Program-made: the position numbers and the translations under genes | In this document: in pieces, positions 50,070 through 63,821 of the stretch | How the letters are laid out: each line of letters begins with the position of its first letter | How positions within the stretch are numbered: position 1 is the stretch's first letter | Assembly: GCF_963921235.1 (NCBI RefSeq) | Contig: NC_086097.1 | Span: 191,334,001 to 191,398,000 of the forward strand | DNA: 64,000 nucleotides | Origin: Mobula hypostoma | Lineage: Eukaryota | Reading direction: 5' to 3' | Notes under the pieces: generated by a model | Told to the model about the DNA's origin: nothing | Database searches by the model: none | The model's input: the letters and a program-made list of their open reading frames with translations, nothing else

Positions 50070-51510
50070 AAAACTGTTGAGATCTTGACCGATATCTTCA
50101 TGTCTTCTCTAGCCACAGGCAAAGTGCTGAAGGACTGGCAGATAGCTAACATTGCTCCATAATTCGAGAGAGAAACAGGAATTATTCTGGAAACTATAGA
50201 CCAGTGAATCTCATATCAATGGTAGGGAAGTTGCTGGAGAGGATTCTTAGCGATGGGATCTATGAACAGTTGGAACACCACGAACAAAGTATGGACAGTT
50301 AGTGTGGCTTTGTGCGGGACAAGTCATTGTCACTTTAACTTGACTGAGCTTTTCAAGGAAGTGATTATTGTGATTGATGAAGGTAGAGCCAGGAATGTTA
50401 TCTACATGGATTTCACTAAGGTGGCTGATGGGATTTATTCTGGCTTAAGATCTATGACTACTGGTGGCCCAAAGAGACTTCTGCCATTTGTGATATATAT
50501 TTATAGATATATAGTTGCTTTTTGGGAGATAAAATATAACACAACTATTAATAGCAACACTGTTAACAGAGCTGATGAGCAGAGGGATTGTGGTGTCCAA
50601 GTTCATAGCTCCCTAGATATACAGGTTGATAAGCTGGTAACAGAAGACATGATATGTTTACCTTTATTAATCAAGGAATTGAGTTTAAAAGTCAGGAATT
50701 TATATTGCAACTTGATAAAACTCTTATTAGGCAGTATTTAGTGCATTGCATTCATTTCAGTTCAGTTCACCCATTATAGGAAGGATGTCAAGTGTTTGTA
50801 AAGAGTGCAGAATAGAGTTGACATGGATAGGCTTTTTCAATTTGAGAGTGGGGGGGATTCAGACAAGAGGACATGAATTGAGAGTTAAAGGGCAAAAGTT
50901 TAGGTGTAACATGAGGGGGAACTTCTTTACTCAGAGAGTGGTAGCTGTGTGGAACGAGCTTCCAGCAGAAGTGGTTGAGGCAGGTTCGATGTTGTCGTTT
51001 AAAGTTAATTTGGATAGATATATGGACAGGAAGGGAATGGCGGGTTATGGGCTGAGTGCAGGTCGGTGGGACTAGGTGAGAGTAGGAGTTCAGCATGGAC
51101 TAGAAGGGCCGAGATGGCCTGTTTCCATGCTGTAATTGTTATATGGTTATGGTTATAAGAGGTTTACCAGGCGGCTGTGTGGATTCGAGGGCAAGTGCTA
51201 TAAGGAGAGGCTGTATAAAACCTGGATTGTTTTCTCTGGTGAGCCAGAGGCTGAGGTGAAATCTGACAGAGGTTACCAGAGGCATAGATAGTTAGCCAAT
51301 AACTTTTTCCCAGAGTTGAAATACCTTATACCAGAGGATATGCAGTTGAGCTGGTGGGGGAAAAATCAAAGGGGAGGTACTGGGCACGTTTTTCACACAA
51401 AAAGCACTGCCTGGGTGATGGTGAATGTAAATATGATGGGGGCATTCAAGGAGTTCTTAGATAATCACATGAATGTGGAGGAAAAGGAAGGATATATGGA
51501 AGAAATGTAA
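50070..51510 (+). mobile_element. Old CR1 fragment with a younger CR1 3' end nested at ~50822-51155
   Basis: NYRPV and YMDFTK remnants. The nested piece reads TRGHELRVKG..RGNFFTQRVV.VWNELP and has an (atggtt)n tail. Confidence 0.8.
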
Positions 51511-51519
51511 GATGATGGA

Positions 51520-53645
51520 TAGGAGCTACAGGGAGCTGGTCACTCCTAAGTTGCAGGAGGTAGGAAACTGAGTGACTGTCAGAAGAGGGAAAGGAAATAA
51601 ACAGCCAGTGCAGAATACCCCTGTGGCCATTCCCCCTAGAAGGAATATCACTTTGGATACTTTTGGGAGGATGATCTTCAAGGGAGAAGCCACAGCAAGC
51701 GGGTCTCTGGCACTGAGTCTGGATCTGTGGCTCAGATGAGACAGGGGTGAGCTATAGTGAGGAGGGATTCATTGTCTAAGGGAGCAGAAAGAAGATTCTG
51801 TGGACAAGAATGAAAATTGCCTCCCGGGAACCAGGGTTAGGAACATCTCAGATTGAGTCCATGGCATTCTTAAGTGGTAGGGTGAGCAACCAGAAGCCGT
51901 GGTCTGTGTCAGTACCAGTGACATGGGTAGGATGAATGACAAGGCCTTGGAAAGTAAGTTCAAGGAGTTAGGTACAAAGTTAAAGTCAAGTCATCAAGTT
52001 AAGTTCATTGTCATTTAACTTAATACATGCATACCACGAAAGAAGACAACACTTCTCCAGACCAGGGCAGAAAGCACAGTAGTACACATAACACACATAT
52101 GACAGACAATACCTTGGGAAAGTAAGAATTAAATCTACAAATAAATTACGCATAGATAAACAAAGTAAAGTTCATATATTAAATATTGTAGGATACAGAG
52201 CAAATTATTCAGTGACATTTCGAATGCAATGCACAGGGAGTTCAGAAGCCCAATGGCCTGAGGGAAGAAGCTGTTACCCATCCTGACTGTTCTTGTCGTT
52301 ATGCATCAGAGTCTCCTGCCTGATAATAGACTGTCAAAGGGGATGCTGGATGGATGGGTGGGATCCTCGATTATGCTAAGGGCCTGCGTACACAGCGCTC
52401 CTGATAAATGTCCCCAGTGGATGGTAGGGAGACAAGAATGAAAGCAAGTGGATGTTTTCTACATGGACTTCAGTATGGCATCTGACAAGAGTCCACATGG
52501 GAGGCTGGTCAGGAAGGTTCAGTCACTTGGTATTCAAGATGAGGTAGTAAATTGGATTAGACATTGATTTTTTGGGAGAAGCCAGAGAGCGGTAGTAGAT
52601 GGATATTTGGCTGACTGGAGGCCTGTGACTAGTAAAGTGCCACAGGGATCAGTGCTGGGTCCACTATAATTTGTCACCTATATCAACTATTTGAATGATA
52701 ATATGGTTAAATGCATCAGCAAATTTGTGGATGACACCAAGATTGGGAGGGTAATGGACAGCAAATAAGACTATCAGATCTTGCAGCAGAATCTGGACCA
52801 GCTGACAAAATGGGCCGAAAAATGGCAGATGGAATTTAATGCAGGCATGTGTGAGGTATTGCACTTCAGTAGGACCAACCAGGGTGGGTTTTACACAGTA
52901 AAAGGTGGGGCACTGAGGAGTGCGGTAGAACAAAGGGATTTGGGAATACAGGTCCCTAATTTGTTAAAAGTGGTGTCACAGGTAGACAGAGTCGCAAAGG
53001 ACATTTTTGGCACATTGGCCTTCATAAATCAAAGTATTGAGTACAGGAGATGGGATGTTATGCTGAAGTTGTACAAGACATTGGTGAGGCCCAATTTAAA
53101 GTATTGTGTGTAGTTTTGGTCATCTACATACAGGAAAGATATAAGTAAGGTTGAAATTGTACAGAGAAAATTTACAAAGATGTTTACTGCGACTGGAGGA
53201 CCTGAGTTATAAGGAAAGTATGAATAGGTTAGAACTTTATTCCTTGGAACGTAAAAGTTTGAGGGAGATTTAATAGATGTGTACAAAATTATGAAGGATA
53301 CAGATAGAGTAAATGCAAGTGGGTTTTTTCCACTAAGGCTGAGTGGGACAAACTAGAGATCATGGGTTGGGGGTGAAAGGCAAGAAGTTTAAGGGGAACA
53401 GGAGGGAAACTTCTGTATTCAGAGCACTGTGAGAGTGTGGATTGAGATAACAGTGCAAGTGGTGTAGATGAGCTCAATTTCAACATTTAAGCAAAGTTTG
53501 GATAGGTACATGGATGGGAGGGTATGGAGGGCTCTGGTCCTGGTGCAGGTCGATGGGAGTAGGTAGATTAAATGGTTCAGCATGGACTAGATGGGCTGAA
53601 GAGCCATTTTCTGTGCTATAATTTTCCATGAATCTGTGACTCTAA
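51520..53645 (+). mobile_element. CR1 ORF1 and RT/3' pieces separated by a minus-strand Rex1-type 3' end (~51983-52432)
   Basis: CLPGTRV-type ORF1 remnant, caagt tail at ~51985, then VPQGSVLGPL, KFVDDTK and KWQMEFN. Confidence 0.8.
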
Positions 53646-54107
53646 CTCATGTTGGAAGTGCCTGCTTGAACTTATAAGATGGTCATTTGATCTGAGAAAC
53701 ACTTGGTCAGATTGCCTCGATGCTACAGGCCACCCATACACAGCCCTTCTCCTGTCCATTCTGGTGTCAAAGCTAGACTTAACGACTGTTGCTTTATGGC
53801 ATCAATTAACCTTGAGGTATGTACCCTGTGCCTGTCCTGCTTGTCAGAGTGTACCATGAGAAGCAAATAAGCCTGACACAGTGGATTATGAGCCCCTGTC
53901 CTCAATGTGCTTTTTGACATCTGTTTTTGACACTATTTTCATTGTCTCAGATAATAAAAAAAAATTAAAAATAGGTCAAATAGACTTTCACCATTTAACA
54001 AAATAGATTGGAAACAAATGTTTAATTCTACACAGTTTAAAATATCAATAATTAAATTAAAGTTTGAGGAGGAAATAAATATTAAGTAAATAAACCACAT
54101 TTTTGTA

Positions 54108-54230
54108 GACATAAGAGATTCTGCAGATGCTGGAAATCTTGAACAACACACACAAATTGTAGGTCAGGCAGCATAAATGGAGGGAAATGAATAGTCAACA
54201 TTTCAGGCTGAGACTCTTCATCAGGATTAT
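54108..54230 (-). mobile_element. Penelope-like terminus with minimal hammerhead core
   Basis: The minus strand reads ataatc-CTGATGA-agagtctcagcct-GAAA-tgtt-gactat ... gatttccagcatctgcag. Confidence 0.7.
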
Positions 54231-54504
54231 ATTTGCATTAGCAATTCACTTTTCTTGCCAAATACTCTATTTATATTGCTTCTTCCAGGAATAGTTGTGC
54301 AAATCCAGACAGTTGGATTTGAAATACCTCTGTTTCATCAGATCAGGACATTAGTGCTGTGCTAGTTCAGTATGGGCCAGGAGCTTAGATGTTCCAACAA
54401 ATGACTTCCAGTTTATCTTTGCCCTTCATATTTCACAATGGAGATGCAAAGATCAGAGGTAAGCTGATCTGCAAGAAATTTGTCACGAGCAATTATTCAA
54501 CAGT

Positions 54505-54785
54505 TGGGGCACTATGGTAGCGGTTCGTATGACACTATTTTGGCTCGGAGCATCAAAATTCAGGATTTAGTTCTTGCGCCTTCCGTAATGTTCCCTTTAC
54601 TCCATAAGTTTCCTCTGGGTGCTCTGGTATCCTTTCACTATTCAAAGACATACCGGTTAGTAAGTTAATTGGTCATTGTAAATTGTCCTGTGATTAGGCT
54701 AGGGTTAAATAGGTGGGTTGCTGGGCAGAGTGGCTTGTTAGGTCAGAAGGACCTGTTCCGCACTGTATCTCTAAATTTTAAAAAA
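54505..54785 (+). mobile_element. SINE (V-SINE-like, with CR1-like 3' end)
   Basis: gtttcctctgggtgctctggt..cct...caaagac core, then ggacctgttccgcactgtatctctaa and an A-rich tail. Confidence 0.65.
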
Positions 54786-55812
54786 TCAATAACTTTCATA
54801 TCCTCTTATTTTCAAATCCAATTGTGAAACTTAGTCAGAAAACCCTAAATTGCATTAATGGCATCCATTTCTGTGATAAATCTAAAAAACAATTTGAACA
54901 CAAATTGGATGTCTGTTCATCTTTTGTGTAAGAAAGGATGCCCTTACTCAAATTTATTATATTCTGTTTGTGTAACTGTTGTTTTACTGTTGAAGTGCAC
55001 CACACAGTGCATTGGGACAGATCAACTGCATTCCATGATTTTGCTCAGCATATTAGCAGTAATGAGTTATTATGATGACAGCACTTGAGGTGAGGTTACA
55101 GTCCATATCATGATATAAAAGAGTGTAATTTTGATGTGAAATGCCAAGGAATTTATAGACTTAAAAAAGAGCCATCTATTACTAAATTTAACTATGTCAA
55201 ATATGAGAATCAGCTGTCAGAATTTACCCAGAGGAAGCAACAAGTCTGTCAAAACTTGCCCAGGATTTGTTAAATCATTTGGCAAATCTGGAATACTGTG
55301 GCATTTCAACAACTGTGACACTTATGGACGCATCCAAAACAGATCTAAATTTAATGCTTTCACAAATAATTCACGGTGAAAAAATTGAATTAATATCAAT
55401 GTGATAAATTTATTGCCTGTAAGTCACAATTCTTTAACTGGTGGATGTATCAGGATTCCACATAAAATCAGAATAAATAAATGTCAAAAGGAAGCTGATT
55501 AATATGTAAGTCCAACCCATACATAACCTTGTTCATTCATATCAAACCTAAGCAAACTGTATTGATTTCCACCTTTCAAATTTAGACATCCTTCTGTGTT
55601 TACTCTTGTGGTTCTGTGACGCTTCCTTTCATCACCGAAAAGAGGTAGATTAGCTAAAAATAGCAGAATAGGCTTAATGCCTTGAATATTGCCTAAAGAA
55701 CACTCACAAAATGAAGTCCGTACCAAACAGAAATGAAGGATACTTAAAAAAAATGACTAAAATCTGTGAATGACTGCCATTTGCCTGGATTGCACTATTA
55801 TGAACATAATGA

Positions 55813-57879
55813 ATAGAACCATAGAACCATAGAAACTACAGCACAGAAACAGGCCCTTTGGCCCTTCTTGGCTGTGCTGAACCATTTTCTGCCTAGTCCC
55901 ACTGACCTGCACACGGACCATATCTCTCCATACACCTCCCATCCATGTATCTGTCCAATTTATTCTTAAATGTTAAAAAAGAACCCGCATTTACCACCTC
56001 ATCTGGCAGCTCATTCCAAACTCCCACCACTCTCTGTGTGAAGAAGCCCCCCCTAATGTTCCCTTTAAACATTTCCCCCCTCACCCTTAACCCATGTCCT
56101 CTGGTTTTCCTTCTCCCCTTGCCTCAGTGGAAAAAGCCTGCTTGCATTCACTCTATCTATACCCATCATAATTTTATATACCTCTATTAAATCTCCCCTC
56201 ATTCTTCTACGCTCCAGGGAATAAAGTCCTAACCTATTCAACCTTTCTCTGTAACTGAGTTTCTCAAGTCCCGGCAACATCCTTGTAAACCTTCTCTGCA
56301 CTCTTTCAACCTTACTTATATCCTTCCTGTAATTTGGTGACCAAAACTGAACACAATACTCCAGATTCGGCCTCACCAATGCCTTATACAACCTCATCAT
56401 AACATTCCAGCTCTTATACTCAATACTTTGATTAATAAAGGCCAATGTACCAAAAGCTCTCTTTACGACCCTATCTACCTGTGACGACACTTTTAGGAAA
56501 TTTTGTATCTGTATTCCCAGATCCCTCTGTTCCACTGCACTCCTCAGTGCCTTACCATTAACCCTGTATGTTCTACCTTGGTTTGTCCTTCCAACGTGCA
56601 ATACCTCACACTTATCAGTATTAAACTCCATCTGCCATTTTTCAGCCCATTTTTCCAGATGGTCCAAGTCCCTCTGCAGACTCTGAAAACCTTCCTCACT
56701 GTCTACTACACCTCCAATCTTTGTATCATCAGCAAACTTGCTGATCCAATTTACCACATTATCATGCAGATCATTGATATAGATGACAAATAGCAATGGA
56801 CCCAGCACTGATCCCTGTGGCACACCACTAGTCACAGGCCTCCACTCGAGAAGCAATTCTCTACCACCACTCTCTGGCTTCTTCCATCGAGCCAACGTCT
56901 AATCCAATTTACCACCTCTCCATGTATACCTAGTGACTGAATTTTCCTAACTAACCTCCCATGCGGGACCTTGTCAAAGGCCTTACTGAAGTCGATGTAG
57001 ACAATATCCACTGCCTTCCCTTCATCCACTTTCCTGGTAAGCTCCTTGAAAAACTCCAACAGATTGGTCAAACATGACCTACCACGCACTAAGCCATGTT
57101 GACTCTCCCTAATAAGCCCCTGTCTATCCAAATGCTTGTAGATTCTGTCTCTTAGTACTCCCTCCAATAACTTACCTACTACTGACGTTAAACTCACCGG
57201 CCTATAACTTCCCGGATTACTTCTCGATCCTTTTTTAAACAACAGAACAACATGAGCCACTCTCCAATCCTCCGGCACTTCACCCGTAGACAGCGACATT
57301 TTAAATATTTCTGCCAGGGTCCCCGCAATTTCAACACTAGTCTCCTTCAAGGTCCGAGGGAACACTCTGTCAGGTCCTGGGGATTTATCCACTTAAATTT
57401 TCCTCAAGATAGCAAGCACCTCCTCCTTTTCAATCTGTACAGTTTCCATGGTCTCACTACTTGATTCCCTCAATTCCATAGATTTCATGCCAGCTTCCTT
57501 AGTAAATACAGACACAAAAGACCTATTTAAGATCTCCCCCATTTCCTTTGGTTCCGCACAAAGCCGACCACTCTGATCTTCAAGAGGACCAATTTTATCC
57601 CTTACAATCCTTTTGCTCTTAATATACTTGTAAAAGCTCTTTGGATTATCCTTCACTTTGACTGCCAAGGCAACCTCATGTCTTCTTTTAGCCCTCCTGA
57701 TTTCTTTCTTAAGTATTTTCTTGCACTTCTTATACTCCTCAAGCACCTGATTTACCTTCTGTTTCCTATACATTTCATACAACTCCCTCTTCTTCTTTAT
57801 CAGAGTTGCAATATCCCTTGAGAACCAAGGTTCCTTATTCCTATTCAATTTGCCTTTAATCCTGACAGGAACATACAAA
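55813..57879 (-). mobile_element. Young 5'-truncated CR1 LINE (ORF2 RT region almost intact)
   Basis: Consecutive ORFs of 168, 186 and 276 aa with all RT motifs (YIDFSKAFDKVPH, FADDTK). One stop and about two frameshifts; (ttctatgg)n tail. Confidence 0.95.
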
Positions 57880-58162
57880 TAAGAGAAATCAGAGCTCACT
57901 TATCTGGCAATTTTATTTGGACCTTACAGGAAACTAGCAGGTGAAAACTGGAAAATTATTGACTCCAATTCTTTGTAGTGCCTTTCAGCTGGAAATTTGA
58001 GCAGAGTGGTGGTCAATGGAATTTCATCCAGGCAAATGTGAGAAAATGTACTTTGGAAAGTCAGATTCTGGTAGGATATACAGAATAAATGGAAGGAAAA
58101 TTAAGAACATAGATGATGAGAGATATTGTGGAGCATGTCATAATACATTGAAAATAGTGACA

Positions 58163-60212
58163 CTTGTCCCTCTTTATTATTTCTCCCGCCTCATTTTCTA
58201 ACAATCGTATATCTACTCTTATCTCTCTATTTTTCTGTATACTTGAGAAGCTTTTTCTATCCACCTTGATATTGTTTGCTAGCTTGCTTTCATATTTCAT
58301 CTTTTCCTTCATAATAATTCTTCTAGTTGCTTTCTGTAGGTTTCCAAAAGCTTCCCAATCCTCTGTCTTCCCAGTAATCTTTGCTTTGCTGTATGCATTC
58401 TCTTTTACTTTTACATTAGGTTTGACTTCCCTTGTCAGCCATGGTTGTACTATTTTGACATTTGAGTATTTCTTTGTTTTTGAAATATACCTATTCCTCA
58501 ACTTCCTCATTTTTATCAGAAACTCAAGCCATTGCTGCTCTTCTGTCATCCCTGCCTGCAACCCTTCCAACTTACTTTGGCCAACTCCTCTCTCATACCA
58601 CTGTAATTTCTTTTACTCCACTGAAATACTGCTACATCAGACTGTATTTTCTTCCTATCAAATTTCAAGTTGAACTCAATCATATTGTGATCACTCTCTC
58701 CTAAGGGTTCTTTTACCTTAAGTTCCAAAATCACCTCCGATTCATTAAAAAAACTACTAATCTTATATAGCTGATCCCCTAGTAGGCTCAATGACCAACT
58801 GCTCTAAAAAGCCATCTTGTGGGCATTCAACAAATTCACTATTTTGAGATCCATTATCAAACTGATTTTCCCAATCTACCTGCATGTTAAAATCTCCCAT
58901 GACTATCAGAACATTGTCTTTTTGACACACATCTCTATTTTCCATTGTAATCTGTAGCCTACATCCCAGCTACTGTTTGGAGTCCTGTATATAACTGCCA
59001 TCAGGGTTCTTTAACCCTTGCAGTTTCTTAAATCAACCCACAAGGACTCAACATCTTCTGATCTTATGTCACATCTTTCTAACTATTGGATGCCATTCTT
59101 TACCAGCAGAGCCACACCACCCCCTCTGCCTACCTTCCTATCCCTCTGATACAGTGTATAACTTTGGACATTCAGCTCCCAACTACAACCATCCTTCAGC
59201 CACGATTCAGTGGAGGTCACCATATCATATCTGATCATCTGTAAAAGTGCAACAAGATCATCCATTTATTTCTTATACTCCACGCATTAAGATATAATTC
59301 TTTGAGTAGTGAATTTGCTACTTTTTTTGATTCTGCATCCCAAGTGCACTGATACACACCCCGCTGGCTGCAAATTTGTTCAATCATCTGCCTGCCCTTC
59401 CTGACAGTCTGAATGCACACTATATTTGCATTTTTGCCATCCGTCCTATCCTGAGTCCCTTCACTCTGGTTCCCATCCCCCTGTCAAATTTAAACACTCC
59501 CCAACAGCTCTAACAAACCTGCCTACGAGAATATTGGTTCCTCAGATTCAGGTGTAACCCATCCCTTTTGTACAGGTCATTCCTCTCCAGAAGAGATCTT
59601 AATGATCTGAGAACCTGAAGCCCTGTCCCCTGCACCAGCTACTCAGTCATGCATTTATCTGCCAAATCATCTTGTTTCTACTCTCTGTGGCACATAGCAC
59701 AGCTAGCAATCCAAAAATTACTACCCCAGAGTTGCTGCTTCTCAGTTTTCTGCCTAGCTCTCTAAATTCTCTCTTCAGGACCTCTTTGCTTTTTCTTCCT
59801 ATGTCATTGGTACCAATAAGGACCAATATATCAGGCTGCTCTCCCACCTCCTCCAAAATGCTGTGGACGCAATCTGAGATGTCCTTGACCCTGGCACCTG
59901 GGAGGCAACATGCCAAATGGGTGTCCTGTTCATGTTCACAGAACCTCCTGTCTGTTCCCCTGACTATTTATCCCCTATCACTACCACTCCTCTGTTCTCC
60001 CTCTTTCCTTTCTGCTCCATGGACCCATGCTCGGTGCCTGTAACCTGGTCTCTGTGGCATTCCCCTGGGAGGACAACCCTCACAACAGTACCCAAAACAA
60101 TATACTTATTATTGAGGGGAATAGATACAAGGGTGCTCTGTTCAAACTGCCTATTCATCTTCCCATTCCTTCTCCTGACATTTACCCAGTTACCCGCCTC
60201 TTGCTGCTTAGA
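58163..60212 (-). mobile_element. CR1 5' half (ORF1 esterase-like + endonuclease) inside an older + strand CR1 remnant
   Basis: CCLPGARVKD..IGTNDIGRK; YLNAWSIRNK, TESWL, MGDFN, ESDHN. Flanks ~58000-58160 and ~60275-60590 are + strand CR1. Confidence 0.88.
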
Positions 60213-60599
60213 ATAAGTTGCAAGAAACATGTTACTTAAATATTACTGAAATATTAAATATACAACAGTAGCAATAGAGAGAGTACAGAAGAGATTCAGC
60301 AGCTTTTAGCCTGAAGGGAGAGTTGTAGTTATAAGGAGAGATTGGGTAGGCAGGATTGATTTTCAATGGTATGTAGGAAAGGGTAACTTGATAGAGGATC
60401 ATAAGAACTTGAGGGTCATGGATAAGATAGACTGAGCTTTTCTCCTTGGGCAGGGTCTAGAATGAGAGGGGCACAGATTTAGGGTGAGAGGGGTAAAGGA
60501 TATTTGAGAGAGATGTTTTTCACAGAAAGGATGGTGATTATTTATTTATTGAAGTGATGGACGTAGATTCAATGGTAATACTTAAAAGGCAAACATACT

Positions 60600-60785
60600 T
60601 CTTCTCACTGTCACTAGTAGAAATGCCATCTCCTCTCTCAGTTCCTCCGTTTCCACCACACCTGCTCTCGGGGTGAAGCTTTTCATTCCAGAACTACTGA
60701 GATAGATGTCCTCCTTCTTCAAAGAAAGGGCCTTTCCTTGCTCCACCATCAACACTGCCCTCACATGCATCTGTTCCATTTCATG
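60600..60785 (+). mobile_element. Penelope-like ORF fragment (RT thumb region)
   Basis: Remnants of NAI..SQFLR...CS..EAFHSRT.EMSSFFKERAFPCSTINTAL. Confidence 0.7.
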
Positions 60786-62676
60786 AGCTTCATGGTCTAT
60801 ACAGAGCAGGTAGATTAAAAGTCACCATTTCTGTGCTGTTCATTTGTATGATTCCATGAAATCATTTTATCTAAAAATGTTGAAAGAACAGTATCTCAAG
60901 GACAACCAGCACTGATACCACATCCATCAGAGAGTCACTGATATCAATACTTGCCCTCCAGTTTGTTGGAGGTGCCTCCATTGATGAATTTTCTAGTTGA
61001 TCCACAAAGTTATCTAGTGAAGAAATACTTCTTTGTGACATTCTATAGATGATGCGTCTATATTGGGTTAGATCTTATTTCACTTTCTTCTAAACGCTGT
61101 AGTATTAAACTCTTGTAAATCATTTGCATCTCAAGTGGAAACTATTACTGAAAGCATACAACCAGCAGGGTAATACAAAAATAATTTGGGGTTCAAAATC
61201 CTCTTCGTATAAAACATTTTAAATGGTTCACTCTTTTGGCTGGCAATCTTCATTTATTTATTATGTCTTTTCCTTCCAAATCGAATACTTGTGGAAAGAT
61301 CAACCACAATGTAATGGAGGCCTCTTACGACAAAGTTCTCTGGTTGGATAAAAATAGGTAAGCATCAATAGCAAGTAGGAATGACCTGTGTTTTGTGCTG
61401 TTCAATCCATTTAAAACTGAAATAAAGCTAAGTCTGACAGAGAATCATGGCTGTACAATTGTTAGAGTTCAAACAACAATACCTGAACAAATGCATAAAG
61501 ATATTAAGAAAATATATTTTTATGATCTAAACTGTCTTACTTAAATGCTTTTGACATTATCATCTACCTCCAATCACTCAATTAATCGTGGAAAACCAGT
61601 CTGAACTTTGGATCTTTCGTCTACAAGTTGCATTATTTTAAACTGACATGTGACAATTATACATTTTAGACATCAAAGGTAACCTGGCTTTTAAACATCT
61701 GAAACACAAACACCACCAGTAATGGAAAATATTTATTTTTATGTTTCTTATGTTTCTTGTGGCTTATGAAGAAAAGTCATTTATGAAGGATAAGAAATGT
61801 AGGTATCTGACCTCTAAGTTAAACAATATCCCTGCCTTCACCATCCACCATCTTCCATTTGAAAGTGCCAAAAAGAGACAGAAGGAATTTCATAAATAGG
61901 AATACGTTACAGAGATAGAAACAGAATTGTCAGAGAGAATAACCATTCAAAAATAATATGAGGAGGTGCCATTTTTGTTCTGCTGTGCATTTCTGCAAGA
62001 AATTGAATCTTAGGTAGTATTAGGTAGTATATGCATACTTTGATAATAAGATTTACTTTGAACATAGATGCTCCAGGGATTTTATTCACATAGCATACTG
62101 TATTATTGTCACATATCCTCGTATTTTCTTATCACATTTGGACTCCTGAGTTAATGCCAACTCTCAAAACATTCCCTTTTTTTTATCCCATTCTCTCACA
62201 ATACCATTTGATATAGAATACATATTTACTTGGATGACTTTCTAAATCTTTTGACAACATGCTATTAGCATTTATATAAAGTAAGCTTTTCATATCCCAA
62301 TCCACTTATTTATATGCACACTCACTACTCTTCTCTCGACTCCCATCTTGCTTAATAATCCTGAACTGGAAGGAATTGTGTAATGTGATCATTTCAATTT
62401 CCCTTCACATTCACAATTTTACATACTTCAGATGTTTCCCATGGTTCTCAATCAACTATTTGATTCAATTTCATAGTTTACAACAAGTATTCTTTCAACT
62501 AATTTAAGAATATTGGATTCAACTCTATCTAACCCTGTTAATTCAATGGTGCTTTCCGCAACTGTATTCTTAAATGTTTTTCAAGATATTACTTTTGTCC
62601 CAAACTGAGAAGTTTATAATTGACCCTCCCTGGTATTCTATTTTAGCTTTTCCTTCGTATATTTTATATATTGGCT

Positions 62677-63233
62677 ATGGGGTGTCAGGGAGGGATAGCA
62701 CCTCTGGTGGGGGAACATGTCGCGTCCTTTTCAAGGTGGTTAGTCCACCTTTGGTCACAACCTGGCACTCAGCTCTCACCTGTGGCTCCCCATAGCTGTT
62801 TGCATGTGACAGCGGCCACACCCTGGGCAACAGCTTTGACAAGCCGGCCAAACCAGGTGAGGGTAGCCGACGGGTCTCAAACCCTCAGTGAGACAGGGAG
62901 TTGTATATCTCAGCATGTGAAGACAGACTCCGGCGGATTGAGCGGACGAGACCAATGGAAGATCCAACGGTCAAGAAGGCGGTCTCTGCAAGCGTCGTGG
63001 AACGTGTAGAGTAGAACAAGACACAGAAGACGTCCTGGTCATCCACTGCGTCTAGTCCCATCTCCAGCTGTCTCGATTCTGTCTTGCCACTGGATCCAGA
63101 TGGGAATTGGGAAGAGAGAGTGAGGCTGACGCTGTGCAACTCTCCCTCACTTAAATCCAAATCATGCGCAAGTCTCAACACCATCAATGGTATCGAGGTC
63201 TTCATCGACGTCGACGATGGACAAACATGGACG
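62677..63233 (+). mobile_element. Non-autonomous RTE-derived (SINE-like) element
   Basis: GC/CpG-rich 557-bp block with possible TSD TTGGCT (62671-62676 / 63234-63239). Recalled RTE-SINE motifs (gtgaggctga...tgcaactct.cctcacttaaatccaa). Confidence 0.65.
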
Positions 63234-63683
63234 TTGGCTTGAAGTTGGTTTAGACTGTAACAATTTTCATGACTTACATTTAATATCTAACTGCTCTCAT
63301 GGGTTCCATTTTTTTTAGTTATTAAGTACATACTGTATGTATAAAATAAAGTCAATAAGATAAACTTAAGGTGAGTTAGGCAGAATTTTTTAAATTCATT
63401 TTAAGGTAACCTTTTCAGTTAATGACTCATGAACATAAATATACTGTAAACACATTTATAAATATGTGCATTATTATTTAATAAATGTGTCATTTCCTGA
63501 CTTTTTTGTTTGCTATTAATAATAATTACTTTATTGATCCCAAGTGGGAAATTATTTTGTTAAAGTAGTGACATTTAAAAACACACTTAGCAATAATAAT
63601 GAAAACAATAAATTAATAATAAAGGTTTGCAAATCTAAGATTTTGACTGAGCGATGATGAATTATTACTGGGGCCTGTTGAAT

Positions 63684-63821
63684 GGGGCCTATCAGCAACA
63701 TCAACAGAGCTCTACAAAGAGGTATTTCTTGCAGGTCAGTGGCAGTTATTTAAAAAGAAAGCTTTGTGGGCATTTGTCTATTGTACGGGGCCTATCAGCG
63801 GCATCAACAGAGCTCTACAAA
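63684..63821. repeat. 35-bp direct repeat pair
   Basis: ggggcctatcagc(aa/gg)catcaacagagctctacaaa at 63684-63718 and 63787-63821. Confidence 0.85.

Noticed and set aside
54289..54458. AG...GTAAGC-bounded candidate exon
   Set aside because: Stops in all three frames; at most non-coding.
55499..55726. 75-aa minus-strand ORF in unique DNA
   Set aside because: No recognisable motif, non-ATG start and weak splice signals.
62750..62870. Canonical twister or HDV-like ribozyme call for the RTE-derived element
   Set aside because: I could not build the required pseudoknots by eye (the loop lacks the CCC needed to pair with GAGGG). Kept only as an unspecified structured RNA.
63684..63821. 35-bp direct repeats as LTRs or att sites
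   Set aside because: Only 68 bp apart with no TG..CA ends; more likely a local duplication in a LINE 5' region near the window edge.
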